Source: a bacterium (GTDB taxonomy: Bacteria > Patescibacteriota > Minisyncoccia > Moranbacterales > DUUL01). From it: a stretch of DNA of 64,000 nucleotides. The stretch is from the NCBI GenBank assembly GCA_018675685.1, contig JABGXP010000020.1, positions 37,680-101,679 on the forward strand, given 5' to 3'. This document shows positions 1 to 10,442 of the stretch, in pieces. Each line of letters begins with the position of its first letter. The stretch's first letter is position 1. The notes beneath the pieces are model-generated. The model was not told the origin of the DNA. It searched no databases and worked only from the letters and a program-made list of their open reading frames with translations. A program made the translations under genes and the position numbers.

Positions 1-576
1 AATGCAAATCAAGACGGACTCCTGGCTCGCCTTCAGAGGGTTGAGGGTTTAAGAATCAAAACAATAGCTCAAGGAGCTGCTTTGGCCCAAAATCTTTTTG
101 GAGGAGAAATTGAAGAGGAAATTGAAGAGCTTTCCGGGAAGAAGATTATTGGACTAATTGAAAAAGTGAAGCTTACCAGCATTGACGGAAGGGCAATCGA
201 AGTAGAAGCAAAAATTGATACTGGTGCTGACTCTTCCTCTATTGACATTGAGCTTGCAAGACAACTTGGTTTTGGAGCGATAATTAACGGATTTAATGAA
301 GCTGATATTTCCAATTACGATATTGATCCTGGAAAAGAGAAGGAAATTAAGGAAGACTTCATGAGTCAGTTTGGAACGAAAATTCCAGGAATAGAAAGCG
401 TCGCAGTTATTTTTTCATCCAGTGGAAAATCAATTCGCCCAGTTGTAAAATGTTCATTTGTGATGGATGAGGAAAAAGTTATTTCTAAAATGAACATCAC
501 TGATCGGAGCAAGCTAAATTATCAAATGATTGTAGGGCGTAAAGATCTGAGGAAATTTTTAGTGGAAATTAGATAG
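1..576 (+). CDS. 5'-truncated ORF: probable C-terminus of an ATP-grasp (alpha-L-glutamate ligase-like) protein fused to a retropepsin-like aspartic protease (RimB / 'ATP-dependent Zn protease' family)
   Basis: Frame of ORF 82..576 is open back to base 1 (NANQDGLLARLQRVEG...). AKIDTGADSSSID and IVGRKDL are retropepsin-type motifs; ANxxGLxxRL resembles the end of sugar-transfer-associated ATP-grasp domains. Confidence 0.7.
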   Translation, partial: NANQDGLLARLQRVEGLRIKTIAQGAALAQNLFGGEIEEEIEELSGKKIIGLIEKVKLTSIDGRAIEVEAKIDTGADSSSIDIELARQLGFGAIINGFNEADISNYDIDPGKEKEIKEDFMSQFGTKIPGIESVAVIFSSSGKSIRPVVKCSFVMDEEKVISKMNITDRSKLNYQMIVGRKDLRKFLVEIR

Positions 577-617
577 TTTAGTGCAAGAAAAGGAAGTTAA
601 TTGAATAATCAAAGAAA

Positions 618-1478
618 ATGAAATTTTTAATTTTAGGTGCAATTGACACAGAAAACACAAAAGATCTTGAATTGGAAATTTTAAAAAAAGGTCATGAAGT
701 TGCTAAGGTAAATCCAAAAGATTTCCTCTTCAGTGTTGAGAACAATGAATTTAATATAGCTGCGAGTGGAGTTAATCTTCTTAATTTTGATATATATCTT
801 CTTCGAGGATATAACATTTCCATCACTGAAACTAGGATTTTTGTTGAAAAATTGTTAAGTTTAGGGAAGATTGTAATAGATGAGGTTGTTGGAGAACAAT
901 ATATCCCCAGCAAGCTTTTTGAAGCCAGTTGTCTTTCTCGAGTCGGTTTGAATCACCCAAAAACATTTTCTATTTTAAAAGAGGAATCATTTGATTTATT
1001 TAAAGAAAAACTCGACTACCCAGTAATTGTAAAGCCAGTGGATGGACAGAAAGGACAGGATATGTACAAGTTCGAGTCGGAAGACCAATTAAATATTTTT
1101 ATTAAAAAAAATCAACGTGGCTGGTTGATTCAGGAGTGTTTACCAATAGATGGAGATGTAAGAGTTTTTGTCGTCGGAAGCGAAGTTCTGGGTGCTATTA
1201 AGAGATTTACAGTCGAAGGAGATTTTCGCTCAAATGCATCGCTCGGAGCAAACGCTAAAGAATTCGAATTAACCGAGGAGATAAAAGAAATTGCCCTAAA
1301 AGCCAAGGAGGCAATGAACTGTGAAGTAGCTGGAGTCGATTTGGCCTGGTCTAAAGAGAAGTGGTATGTGATTGAAGTTAATTTTTCCCCACAATGGCAA
1401 AAATTCAAAGAAATAACAGGATTAAACCCTGCTGAAAAAATAATTGAATATGCAATAGGTAAATATAACAATAAATAG
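618..1478 (+). CDS. RimK/LysX-family ATP-grasp ligase
   Basis: IVKPVDGQKG, LIQECL, DVRVFVVG, FRSNASLGA, AGVDL, IEVNFSP motifs. Confidence 0.9.
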   Translation: MKFLILGAIDTENTKDLELEILKKGHEVAKVNPKDFLFSVENNEFNIAASGVNLLNFDIYLLRGYNISITETRIFVEKLLSLGKIVIDEVVGEQYIPSKLFEASCLSRVGLNHPKTFSILKEESFDLFKEKLDYPVIVKPVDGQKGQDMYKFESEDQLNIFIKKNQRGWLIQECLPIDGDVRVFVVGSEVLGAIKRFTVEGDFRSNASLGANAKEFELTEEIKEIALKAKEAMNCEVAGVDLAWSKEKWYVIEVNFSPQWQKFKEITGLNPAEKIIEYAIGKYNNK

Positions 1479-2417
1479 ATGAAGAAAAAAATAGGATTTT
1501 TTAAAAAACCGCAGGGAGTTTTTACAGAAGACTTTATTGGAGAAATCAAGGAAACATTAATGAACATTGAAGGGATCGAACTTTTTACAGAGCTTGATTA
1601 TCGAGAAGCATTTGTTAAAAACGGAGAGGTGTATATTGGTGATTTCAATCTAAATCAGCTCGATGTTTATTTTTGGCATGATATTGTCCATGTTAAGTTA
1701 TGGAAAGGGGATAACTACATTTTGAATGTCCTTAGTGCATTGGAAAAAGATTGTGTAGTTGTAAACTCAGTTAAATCCTCGAGAATTGTTAATGACAAAT
1801 ACCTTTCACATCTTGAATTGTTAAAGGCTGGATTGCCAGTTTCAGATTTTTCACTAGTTAATATCAAAAACCGAGATGCAGTAAGAAATGCTTTCAATGG
1901 AATGGGTGGTTCTGTTCTTTTGAAACCACGATACGGGGGTTTTGGGAGTGGAATTGTGAAAATCGACTCAGAAGAAAGATTGTTTGAGGTTTTGGAGTTT
2001 ATGCAAAATTATGTTGAAGCTCCAGATCAGCAGATATTAATGGAACGATTCTATGAAAACGACATTGAAAAGTGGACATCAGTTGTGGTTTTTGGTGACA
2101 AGGTCTTGTTCGGTTATCGAAAAAAAGTACTTGGTGATTCTGATTGGAAAGTTTATGATCCAGAAAGAAAAGACGCAAAGGGTCAATTCACTGATTATGT
2201 GAAAGTCGATGAAGAATTAGCAGTATTAGCGTTGAAGGCGAAAAATGCAATTGGAAAAGATATTATTTGTTTTGACTTTATTCACACCAAAGAGGGTTGG
2301 AAAATTATCGATGAAAACGGTCGGCCAGGATTATATCGACATTGCTTAGAAGCAGCTGGTGTAGATTTAAAAAAAGAAGTTGTGGATTTGATATTGTCAA
2401 AAATCAAGAAAGACTAG
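1479..2417 (+). CDS. Divergent RimK-like ATP-grasp ligase
   Basis: VVVNS..NDKY, LLKPRYGGFGSGI, ICFDFI, IIDENGRPG; starts immediately after previous stop. Confidence 0.8.
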   Translation: MKKKIGFFKKPQGVFTEDFIGEIKETLMNIEGIELFTELDYREAFVKNGEVYIGDFNLNQLDVYFWHDIVHVKLWKGDNYILNVLSALEKDCVVVNSVKSSRIVNDKYLSHLELLKAGLPVSDFSLVNIKNRDAVRNAFNGMGGSVLLKPRYGGFGSGIVKIDSEERLFEVLEFMQNYVEAPDQQILMERFYENDIEKWTSVVVFGDKVLFGYRKKVLGDSDWKVYDPERKDAKGQFTDYVKVDEELAVLALKAKNAIGKDIICFDFIHTKEGWKIIDENGRPGLYRHCLEAAGVDLKKEVVDLILSKIKKD

Positions 2418-2458
2418 AAGTTTATTTGTTAAAAAGGTAAAAAATAAAGTTCAAAGAT

Positions 2459-3337
2459 ATGAAAAGGATGCTTATTATCGTCGAAAACAGTGAAGAAGAA
2501 CAGTATCGTACCCTGAGAATTTTAGAAGAGGCAGAAAAAATGGGCTGCAAAGTTGATCTAATCAATAGCAGCGGAATGAAATTTCTGACAAATAAAGTCT
2601 TTGTCAAAGGAAAAGAACTCTACTTTGAAGAGTATGATGCGATTTATTCAATCGGAAACAGTGATAGACATCACTATTTTATTATGTTAGCAACAATCAA
2701 AACAGGAGTTCGGATTTGGCCTAGCAACAAACATCTTTTAATGAATGACAAGTTTTTCGAAGGAATCTTTTTGGACAATTTAGGAATCAGAACGCCCAAG
2801 ACAATTTTACTAACAAGCAAGGAAAAAGTAGTTGTAGATAAATTAGTAGAAGAAATTGGCGGTTACCCATGTGTTGCAAAGAAGGTTACGGGCTCTGAAG
2901 GAAGATATGTTTGCTTGGTAGAATCTTTTGATGATCTGTATAAATTTCTAGAGAAATTACCACATCCAAGCATTTCAGGAAAGAAAGGCATTCTTTTGCA
3001 AGAATATATAGAAGAATCCAAAGGGACTGATTTTAGGACATATTGCGTTGGTGATGAGATTCTAGGAGCTATTCAAAGAACCTCGCAAACTGATGATTTC
3101 AGAGCTAATGTTTCTTTAGGTGGTGTAGCGGAAAAGATTGAGGTGACAGCTGAAATGGAGGAGTTTTCAAGAAAAATAATGAAAGAAGGAAATTTTTTGT
3201 TTGCTGGAATCGATTTTATTATGAGCAACAGTGGTTTAGTAGCAATTGAAATCAATACATCTGCTGATTTTAAGGGATTTGAAAAAGCCACAGGAATTAA
3301 TGTCGCAGAAAAAATAATCAAAAAGTTTTTAGAATAA
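2459..3337 (+). CDS. RimK-family ATP-grasp ligase
   Basis: NDKF, GYPCVAK..GSEGRYV, LQEYIEESKGTDFR, DFRANVSLGG, AGIDFI, IEINTS. Confidence 0.9.
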   Translation: MKRMLIIVENSEEEQYRTLRILEEAEKMGCKVDLINSSGMKFLTNKVFVKGKELYFEEYDAIYSIGNSDRHHYFIMLATIKTGVRIWPSNKHLLMNDKFFEGIFLDNLGIRTPKTILLTSKEKVVVDKLVEEIGGYPCVAKKVTGSEGRYVCLVESFDDLYKFLEKLPHPSISGKKGILLQEYIEESKGTDFRTYCVGDEILGAIQRTSQTDDFRANVSLGGVAEKIEVTAEMEEFSRKIMKEGNFLFAGIDFIMSNSGLVAIEINTSADFKGFEKATGINVAEKIIKKFLE

Positions 3338-3473
3338 ATTTTTTAAAAAAGAGTTTTGCTCAAAAGAACTTAACAATAGTTGTATCTGAAAAAGTGGAGT
3401 TTGAAAAAGTGGAAAAAGAAATTTAAACTTGCTAGAATAAAAAAAGAAATTTGTAATAGTAAAATTAGATAAT

Positions 3474-5882
3474 ATGTGGTTAGTGAAACTGATACTTCTT
3501 GCAGTAGGAACTTGGATTTTGGCCAAGTTGTTTTTGTCGGATAAGGACCTAGGAAATTTAATAAAAAAGAAGAATCGCAAACTTTCCCCAACTAAAGGGA
3601 GTAACAAAAAAAGAAAACCAAGAAGTTTTCTTGTGAAGTCTTTATGGACAATGTTTTATATAGGCATTTCGTTAGTTGCTATTGTTGTTTGTATTTTAGG
3701 ATATGCCTTTGTTAAATATGCAAAGGATTTACCAGACCCAGAAAAAGTAAACAGTCGTGTTGTCGCTGAGTCAACAAAGATTTTCGATCGAACGGGTGAT
3801 GTTTTACTATACGAAGTGTTTGGTGAAGAGAAAAGGACAATAATTCCATTGGAAGAGATTCCTGATTCTGTTAAATATGCAACAATCGTTTTGGAAGATG
3901 ATATTTTCTATTCTCATAATGGTTTTGATATGGGCGGGCTCGTGAAAGCTATTTGCCATGAAGCTTCCTCGAGGGCTGGAATGGGTGATTTGGGAGGGAT
4001 TTGCCCCCGAAGAGGCGGCTCAACCATTACCCAACAATTTATTAAGAATTCTATTTTAACATCGGAAAGAAGTTATGAGCGAAAATTGAAAGAATTAATC
4101 CTAGCTGTAGAGATTGAGCAAAAGTTCTCTAAAGATGAGATCTTGCGAATGTATTTAAATGAAATTCCTTATGGTTCAAATGCATATGGAATTGAGGCCG
4201 CAGCACAAACATTTTTTGGAGTTCATGCCAAAGAACTGACATTAGCACAATCAGCTCTATTAGCTGGGTTGCCCAATGCTTCAACTTTCTATTCTCCACA
4301 CGGTTCTAATACGGATAGATTGCTGGTTCGTTGGAAAAAGGCTTTGAATTTAATGTCTGACCTAGGTTATATCACAAAAGAACAAGCTGTTTCAGCAATA
4401 GCAGAAGATATTTTAGGACAAATAAAACCGATTAAGGCTGATATTAAAGCACCTCACTTTGCTTTGTATGTAAGAGAGAAATTGATTGAAGAGTTTGGCG
4501 AAGAAAAATTAAAGGAAAAGGGCTTGAAGATCTACACTACGCTTGATTGGGATTTGCAACAATTAGGAGAAAAAGTTGTAAAAGAAGGTGTCGAAAAAAA
4601 TGGTGAACGCTATGGTTTTACAAACTCTGCATTAGTTGCAACAAATCCTAAAAATGGACAGGTTTTGGCGATGGTTGGATCAAAAGATTATTTTGATGAA
4701 GAGATTGATGGGAATGTTAATGTTACGACACGTTTAAGGCAACCAGGTTCATCTGTTAAGCCATATGTATATGCACAAGCTTTTTCAAAGGGCTATGACC
4801 CAGAGACGATTATTTTTGATGTAAAAACAAAGTTTTCTGAATCTGATAATAAAGAGGAGGAATATAAGCCAGAGAATTATGACGGAAAATTCAGAGGCCC
4901 AGTTTCAATGAAGAAAGCTTTGTCGACATCTTTAAATGTACCAGCAGTAAAAACGCTCTATCTCGCAGGAATAAAACCATCGATAAATTTGATGAGGGAA
5001 ATGGGGATTAGCACGCTAACTGATCCAGGGAGATATGGTCTTTCGCTTGTTCTTGGCGGTGGAGAAGTCAAGCTGATTGAGCACGTGGGAGCTTTTGGTG
5101 TCTTTGCTAATGAAGGGAGGAAACATGAACAATCAGTAATTTTAAGAGTTGAGGATGCTGAAGGGAATATTTTACAAGAATTCAAGGAAAAGGAAGGAAG
5201 ACAGGTTTTAGGCAAAAAGGTCGCAGCAACAATGAGTGCTATCTTGTCAGATAACAATCTTAGGGCCTCAGCATTTGGAACTCAGAACCCACTATATATT
5301 GAAGGAAGAAGCGTGATTGCAAAGACTGGGACAACAAATGAATTTCGTGATGGATGGCTTGTAGGCGCTTCGCGTTCATTGGCAGCAGGCGTTTGGTCAG
5401 GCAATAATGATAATACAGCGATGAAACCGGGTGCAGCAGGAGCAAACATCTCTGGTCCAACTTGGCATGCTTTCATGGTGGAGGCTTTGAAAAATTCGCA
5501 AGATGAGGAATTTTTGAAAATTGAAGATATTGAAGATGAAGAAAATGACGACGAGGAAGTAAAGCGTAAAGGAATTCTATACGGAAAAATAGATTTTGTT
5601 GAAAAAATTGAAGTTTGTAAATATGATGACGGTGATTATTGTTTGGAAAATAGTAGTTGTCCAGAGAAAAAAGTCGATAAGAAAAAATATTTCACGGGGC
5701 ATAACATACTTTACTATGTAAATAAGGATGACCCCCAAGGTGGACCGCCAAAAAGAGCTAAGGATGATCCACAATATAAAAATTGGGAAAAAGCAGTCTT
5801 GGAATGGGCAGAAGATCATGCCGACGGTAAAGGTCGCAAGCTACCACCGGAAAAGAAGTGTAAGGATAGTTATTTTGATTAA
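3474..5882 (+). CDS. Class A penicillin-binding protein (PBP1A family transglycosylase/transpeptidase)
   Basis: GT51 motifs EDDIFYSHNG, GGSTITQQ, RKLKE, YLNEIPYG; transpeptidase motifs SSVK, SLN, KTG. Confidence 0.95.
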   Translation: MWLVKLILLAVGTWILAKLFLSDKDLGNLIKKKNRKLSPTKGSNKKRKPRSFLVKSLWTMFYIGISLVAIVVCILGYAFVKYAKDLPDPEKVNSRVVAESTKIFDRTGDVLLYEVFGEEKRTIIPLEEIPDSVKYATIVLEDDIFYSHNGFDMGGLVKAICHEASSRAGMGDLGGICPRRGGSTITQQFIKNSILTSERSYERKLKELILAVEIEQKFSKDEILRMYLNEIPYGSNAYGIEAAAQTFFGVHAKELTLAQSALLAGLPNASTFYSPHGSNTDRLLVRWKKALNLMSDLGYITKEQAVSAIAEDILGQIKPIKADIKAPHFALYVREKLIEEFGEEKLKEKGLKIYTTLDWDLQQLGEKVVKEGVEKNGERYGFTNSALVATNPKNGQVLAMVGSKDYFDEEIDGNVNVTTRLRQPGSSVKPYVYAQAFSKGYDPETIIFDVKTKFSESDNKEEEYKPENYDGKFRGPVSMKKALSTSLNVPAVKTLYLAGIKPSINLMREMGISTLTDPGRYGLSLVLGGGEVKLIEHVGAFGVFANEGRKHEQSVILRVEDAEGNILQEFKEKEGRQVLGKKVAATMSAILSDNNLRASAFGTQNPLYIEGRSVIAKTGTTNEFRDGWLVGASRSLAAGVWSGNNDNTAMKPGAAGANISGPTWHAFMVEALKNSQDEEFLKIEDIEDEENDDEEVKRKGILYGKIDFVEKIEVCKYDDGDYCLENSSCPEKKVDKKKYFTGHNILYYVNKDDPQGGPPKRAKDDPQYKNWEKAVLEWAEDHADGKGRKLPPEKKCKDSYFD

Positions 5883-5924
5883 GCTTAATTTTTTGAGTGT
5901 GTAAAAATTTATAGCAAAAAAAGG

Positions 5925-6779
5925 ATGAAACAAAAAACAAAAAAACAAAAAAACACCAAACTTCTTGATAGAATTAACAGGCAAGCTGAAAAAATAAAAA
6001 GATTGTTAGTTATTTTGGTTTTGGTTATAACTCCCATATATGTTTTATTCGCTGCCTTTCTATACTTTAATCAAGCCAATTTCTTCTACTACCCTGATAA
6101 GAGAGACTTTGAGAAATGTGATAGTTTCAAGGATTATCAAAAAACAAACAGCAATGGAACCAGAATGTATTATCAGGAAAAATCGAAAGAAGAAGTGATC
6201 GTTTTTTATCACGGCAATGTTGGTTCGGCTTGTGACAGGACTCATCTAAAACGTATTTTTAAAGGGACTAATAAATCAGTTATTTTTGTTGAATATGCTG
6301 GATATGCTGATGATCCCAAGATTCCCAGCAAAGAGTTAATTTTTCAAGACGTTTTCAATGTGAACACTTTTGTTCGTGAAAAAAGTTTCAAAAACATAAC
6401 AGTCGTAGGGGAAAGTATCGGAACAGGACCAGCCTCTTTCCATGCGAAAATTGGACAAGTTGAAAAACTATTGTTAGTAGCACCATTTGGGAAGATAGAA
6501 GATGTTGCTAAGGGTCGATATCCGATTTTTCCAATTTCAATCATGATCAAGGAAGATTATGATAATGTTAAAGCCCTTGAGAATTATAGAGGAAAAGTTT
6601 TAATTATTTCTGGGTCTGAGGACAAAGTCCTTCCAGCTAGATTTTCAGAGGAACTGTTTGAGAAATTGAATGTTCGTGAAAAAGAGCATGTTTCAGTTTT
6701 TGGGGCAGTGCACAACGATTTATTTAGTTTTCCTGAAACAATAGAAGGGATTGAAGAATTTATAAAAGATGAGGAATAA
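5925..6779 (+). CDS. Membrane-anchored alpha/beta hydrolase (ABHD13/Bem46-like)
   Basis: N-terminal TM, FYHGN, EYAGY, GESIG nucleophile elbow, GSEDKV, HND. Confidence 0.85.
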   Translation: MKQKTKKQKNTKLLDRINRQAEKIKRLLVILVLVITPIYVLFAAFLYFNQANFFYYPDKRDFEKCDSFKDYQKTNSNGTRMYYQEKSKEEVIVFYHGNVGSACDRTHLKRIFKGTNKSVIFVEYAGYADDPKIPSKELIFQDVFNVNTFVREKSFKNITVVGESIGTGPASFHAKIGQVEKLLLVAPFGKIEDVAKGRYPIFPISIMIKEDYDNVKALENYRGKVLIISGSEDKVLPARFSEELFEKLNVREKEHVSVFGAVHNDLFSFPETIEGIEEFIKDEE

Positions 6780-7341
6780 AGAGAGGTGCAAGTGGGTTGA
6801 CTTAAATAACCCGCTTTACATTAAATATCATGATACAGCTTGGGGAGTGCCTGTTCATAGCGACAGGCTCCTTTTTGAAATGTTAACATTAGAGGGTGCA
6901 CAGGCCGGGCTTTCTTGGAGTACTATCTTGGCAAAAAGAGAAGGGTATAGAAACGCCTTTGAATGTTTCGATGTTGAAGTGATTGCAAGATATGGTGATA
7001 AAAAAATTCAAAAGTTGTTAAAGGATGAAGGAATCATTCGGAATCATTTGAAAATTCGCTCAACCATTAGGAACGCAAAAGTATTTATCGAGATTCAAAA
7101 GAAGTTTGATTCTTTCGATAAATATATTTGGGGCTTTGTTGGTGGAAAAACTATTCAAAATAATTTCAAAGAATCTAAGGATTTACCAGCAGAGACAAAG
7201 TTGAGTGAAGAAATCTCGCAAGATCTAAAAAAACGCGGAATGAATTTTGTTGGCCCAACAATTGTCTATGCTTTTATGCAAGCAATTGGGATGGTTAATG
7301 ATCATGAAAAAGGATGTTTCAGACATCAAGAATTAACTTAA
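6769..7341 (+). CDS. tag: DNA-3-methyladenine glycosylase I
   Basis: RCKW, YHDTAWG, LEGAQAGLSW, IIRNHLKI, FVGPTI, GMVNDHEKGC. Confidence 0.95.
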   Translation: MRNKERCKWVDLNNPLYIKYHDTAWGVPVHSDRLLFEMLTLEGAQAGLSWSTILAKREGYRNAFECFDVEVIARYGDKKIQKLLKDEGIIRNHLKIRSTIRNAKVFIEIQKKFDSFDKYIWGFVGGKTIQNNFKESKDLPAETKLSEEISQDLKKRGMNFVGPTIVYAFMQAIGMVNDHEKGCFRHQELT

Positions 7342-7354
7342 ATACTAATAATTC

Positions 7355-7382
7355 TTGACAAGAATTGAGTTCAAGTTACAAT
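7355..7382 (+). promoter_or_regulatory. sigma70-type promoter of groEL
   Basis: TTGACA (7355-7360), 16 bp spacer, TACAAT (7377-7382). Confidence 0.7.
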
Positions 7383-7393
7383 ATGAAGTATGA

Positions 7394-7420
7394 TTAGCAA
7401 CCAAAGCAGTAGAGTGCTAA
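7394..7420 (+). promoter_or_regulatory. CIRCE-like HrcA operator
   Basis: TTAGCAACC-N9-GAGTGCTAA versus consensus TTAGCACTC-N9-GAGTGCTAA (two mismatches in left arm), between promoter and groEL start. Confidence 0.8.
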
Positions 7421-7425
7421 TGTGA

Positions 7426-9216
<1,791 letters not shown>

Positions 9217-9238
9217 TTTGAGAAAATAAATTTGAAAT

Positions 9239-9284
9239 AACAAAAAACAGCCTGCAAATGAATTGCGATAGGCTGTTTTTTGTT
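9239..9284. terminator. Intrinsic terminator after groEL (possibly bidirectional)
   Basis: AACAAAAAACAGCCT...AGGCTGTTTTTTGTT inverted repeat. Confidence 0.75.
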
Positions 9285-9302
9285 CGCAGAAAGTGCATTT
9301 TT

Positions 9303-9333
9303 TTAGGGGTCTGCTCAATGAGCAGACCCCTAA
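9303..9333. repeat. Perfect 15-bp inverted repeat
   Basis: TTAGGGGTCTGCTCA-A-TGAGCAGACCCCTAA. Confidence 0.9.
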
Positions 9334-9354
9334 GCGGAGAATGATGAAAAAAGT

Positions 9355-9489
9355 TTAACACATACAATGTGATGCTGGTGCAGCTTTTCTTGGGAACGGA
9401 TCAAAACCCATGTCCTTTTTTGTCTGCCGGCGGATGTTGGCAATTATGTTTTTTGGTGTCTCAATAAGAAAAATAATTATTTTTTTCAT
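9355..9489 (-). CDS. Putative 44-aa small protein (below ORF-track cutoff)
   Basis: Hand translation MKKIIIFLIETPKNIIANIRRQTKKDMGFDPFPRKAAPASHCMC; AGGAGG 6 nt upstream of ATG; TGTATAAT just upstream. Confidence 0.55.
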   Translation of the reverse strand: MKKIIIFLIETPKNIIANIRRQTKKDMGFDPFPRKAAPASHCMC

Positions 9490-9546
9490 AGAGCGCCTCC
9501 TTTTCTCCACACTTTCATTATACACATTTTTTAGCGGAAAAGAAAA

Positions 9547-9575
9547 GATAGTCGGACAAAGTTTGTCCGACTATC
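9547..9575 (-). terminator. Intrinsic terminator for 9614..10333
   Basis: GATAGTCGGACAAA-N-TTTGTCCGACTATC hairpin followed on the minus strand by TTTTCTTT. Confidence 0.75.
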
Positions 9576-9613
9576 CTGCTTCTATTTACAAATATCTTTT
9601 TGCAAATGATCTT

Positions 9614-10333
9614 TTAAGTTTCATTTAGCTGTAAGCTCAAAGACCTTTCCTTTCGTATCGGATTGTGTCTTGCTCCAGCAGTAAAGCCATAGCAAATGAC
9701 CCAGAGCAATTCGGTGATTGGGACATTTGCAAATCTGATATCTAGTGGGGTGTCATAGAGAAACCACCAGCTTCTTAGAATGTCCTCAGTATTTATGATT
9801 AAGATTCTACCGAAGTAATAAACAGAGAAGAGCAGAACTGTCATGAATGCACTTGTGAGAAGAGCACTTTCTAGAGACGCCTCTCTTTTGAAAATCATGA
9901 TAATTCCACTGGAACCATATCCCAATGCTGTTGCAAAAATAGAGTTGACTCCCATCATAATTAAGACAATTGTGATGAAAAAAAATGTAAAATAATGGAG
10001 TGCCAATCTGCTGTGTTTGATTTCCATATTTCGTTTATCTTTGTTACGGAAAATTGCTTGATATGCAACTGCGGCGATTCCACCGAAAAAGAATGCAAAT
10101 AACATTGATTCTAAGAGAATATTAACTGATCCGACTTGGAAACTAAGAATACTTTTCGGTGTCCAGTAATCAGTAAAGAAAAATAGATCAATTGCAATGC
10201 CAAAAGGCATCTTTGCTAAACTCAATTTCAGTTGCCTTCTTCTAGTGTTTGGTGAAAATATTAAAAACAAAAACCAAACAAAAATGAAAGGCACACACAA
10301 TCCAATATATGAATACTTAAGTTCTAAAAACAT
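9614..10333 (-). CDS. Polytopic membrane protein, lycopene cyclase domain-like
   Basis: Two hydrophobic halves ending ILLESMLFAF and VPITELLW, DYWTP motif; AGGAGG SD. Confidence 0.6.
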   Translation of the reverse strand: MFLELKYSYIGLCVPFIFVWFLFLIFSPNTRRRQLKLSLAKMPFGIAIDLFFFTDYWTPKSILSFQVGSVNILLESMLFAFFFGGIAAVAYQAIFRNKDKRNMEIKHSRLALHYFTFFFITIVLIMMGVNSIFATALGYGSSGIIMIFKREASLESALLTSAFMTVLLFSVYYFGRILIINTEDILRSWWFLYDTPLDIRFANVPITELLWVICYGFTAGARHNPIRKERSLSLQLNET

Positions 10334-10442
10334 CTGGACTCCTCCTTTGTTTTGATTGCTGGTTTACAGAAATTTGAAAATGATAAGGACTATTTCATGA
10401 AACAATAGCATGAATCATCTAATTTAGCAATGATCAAGGGGC

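Noticed and set aside
618-3337. Graspetide (microviridin-type) RiPP cluster
   Set aside because: The enzymes look RimK-like and no repetitive precursor peptide is visible in the window; cannot be fully excluded upstream.
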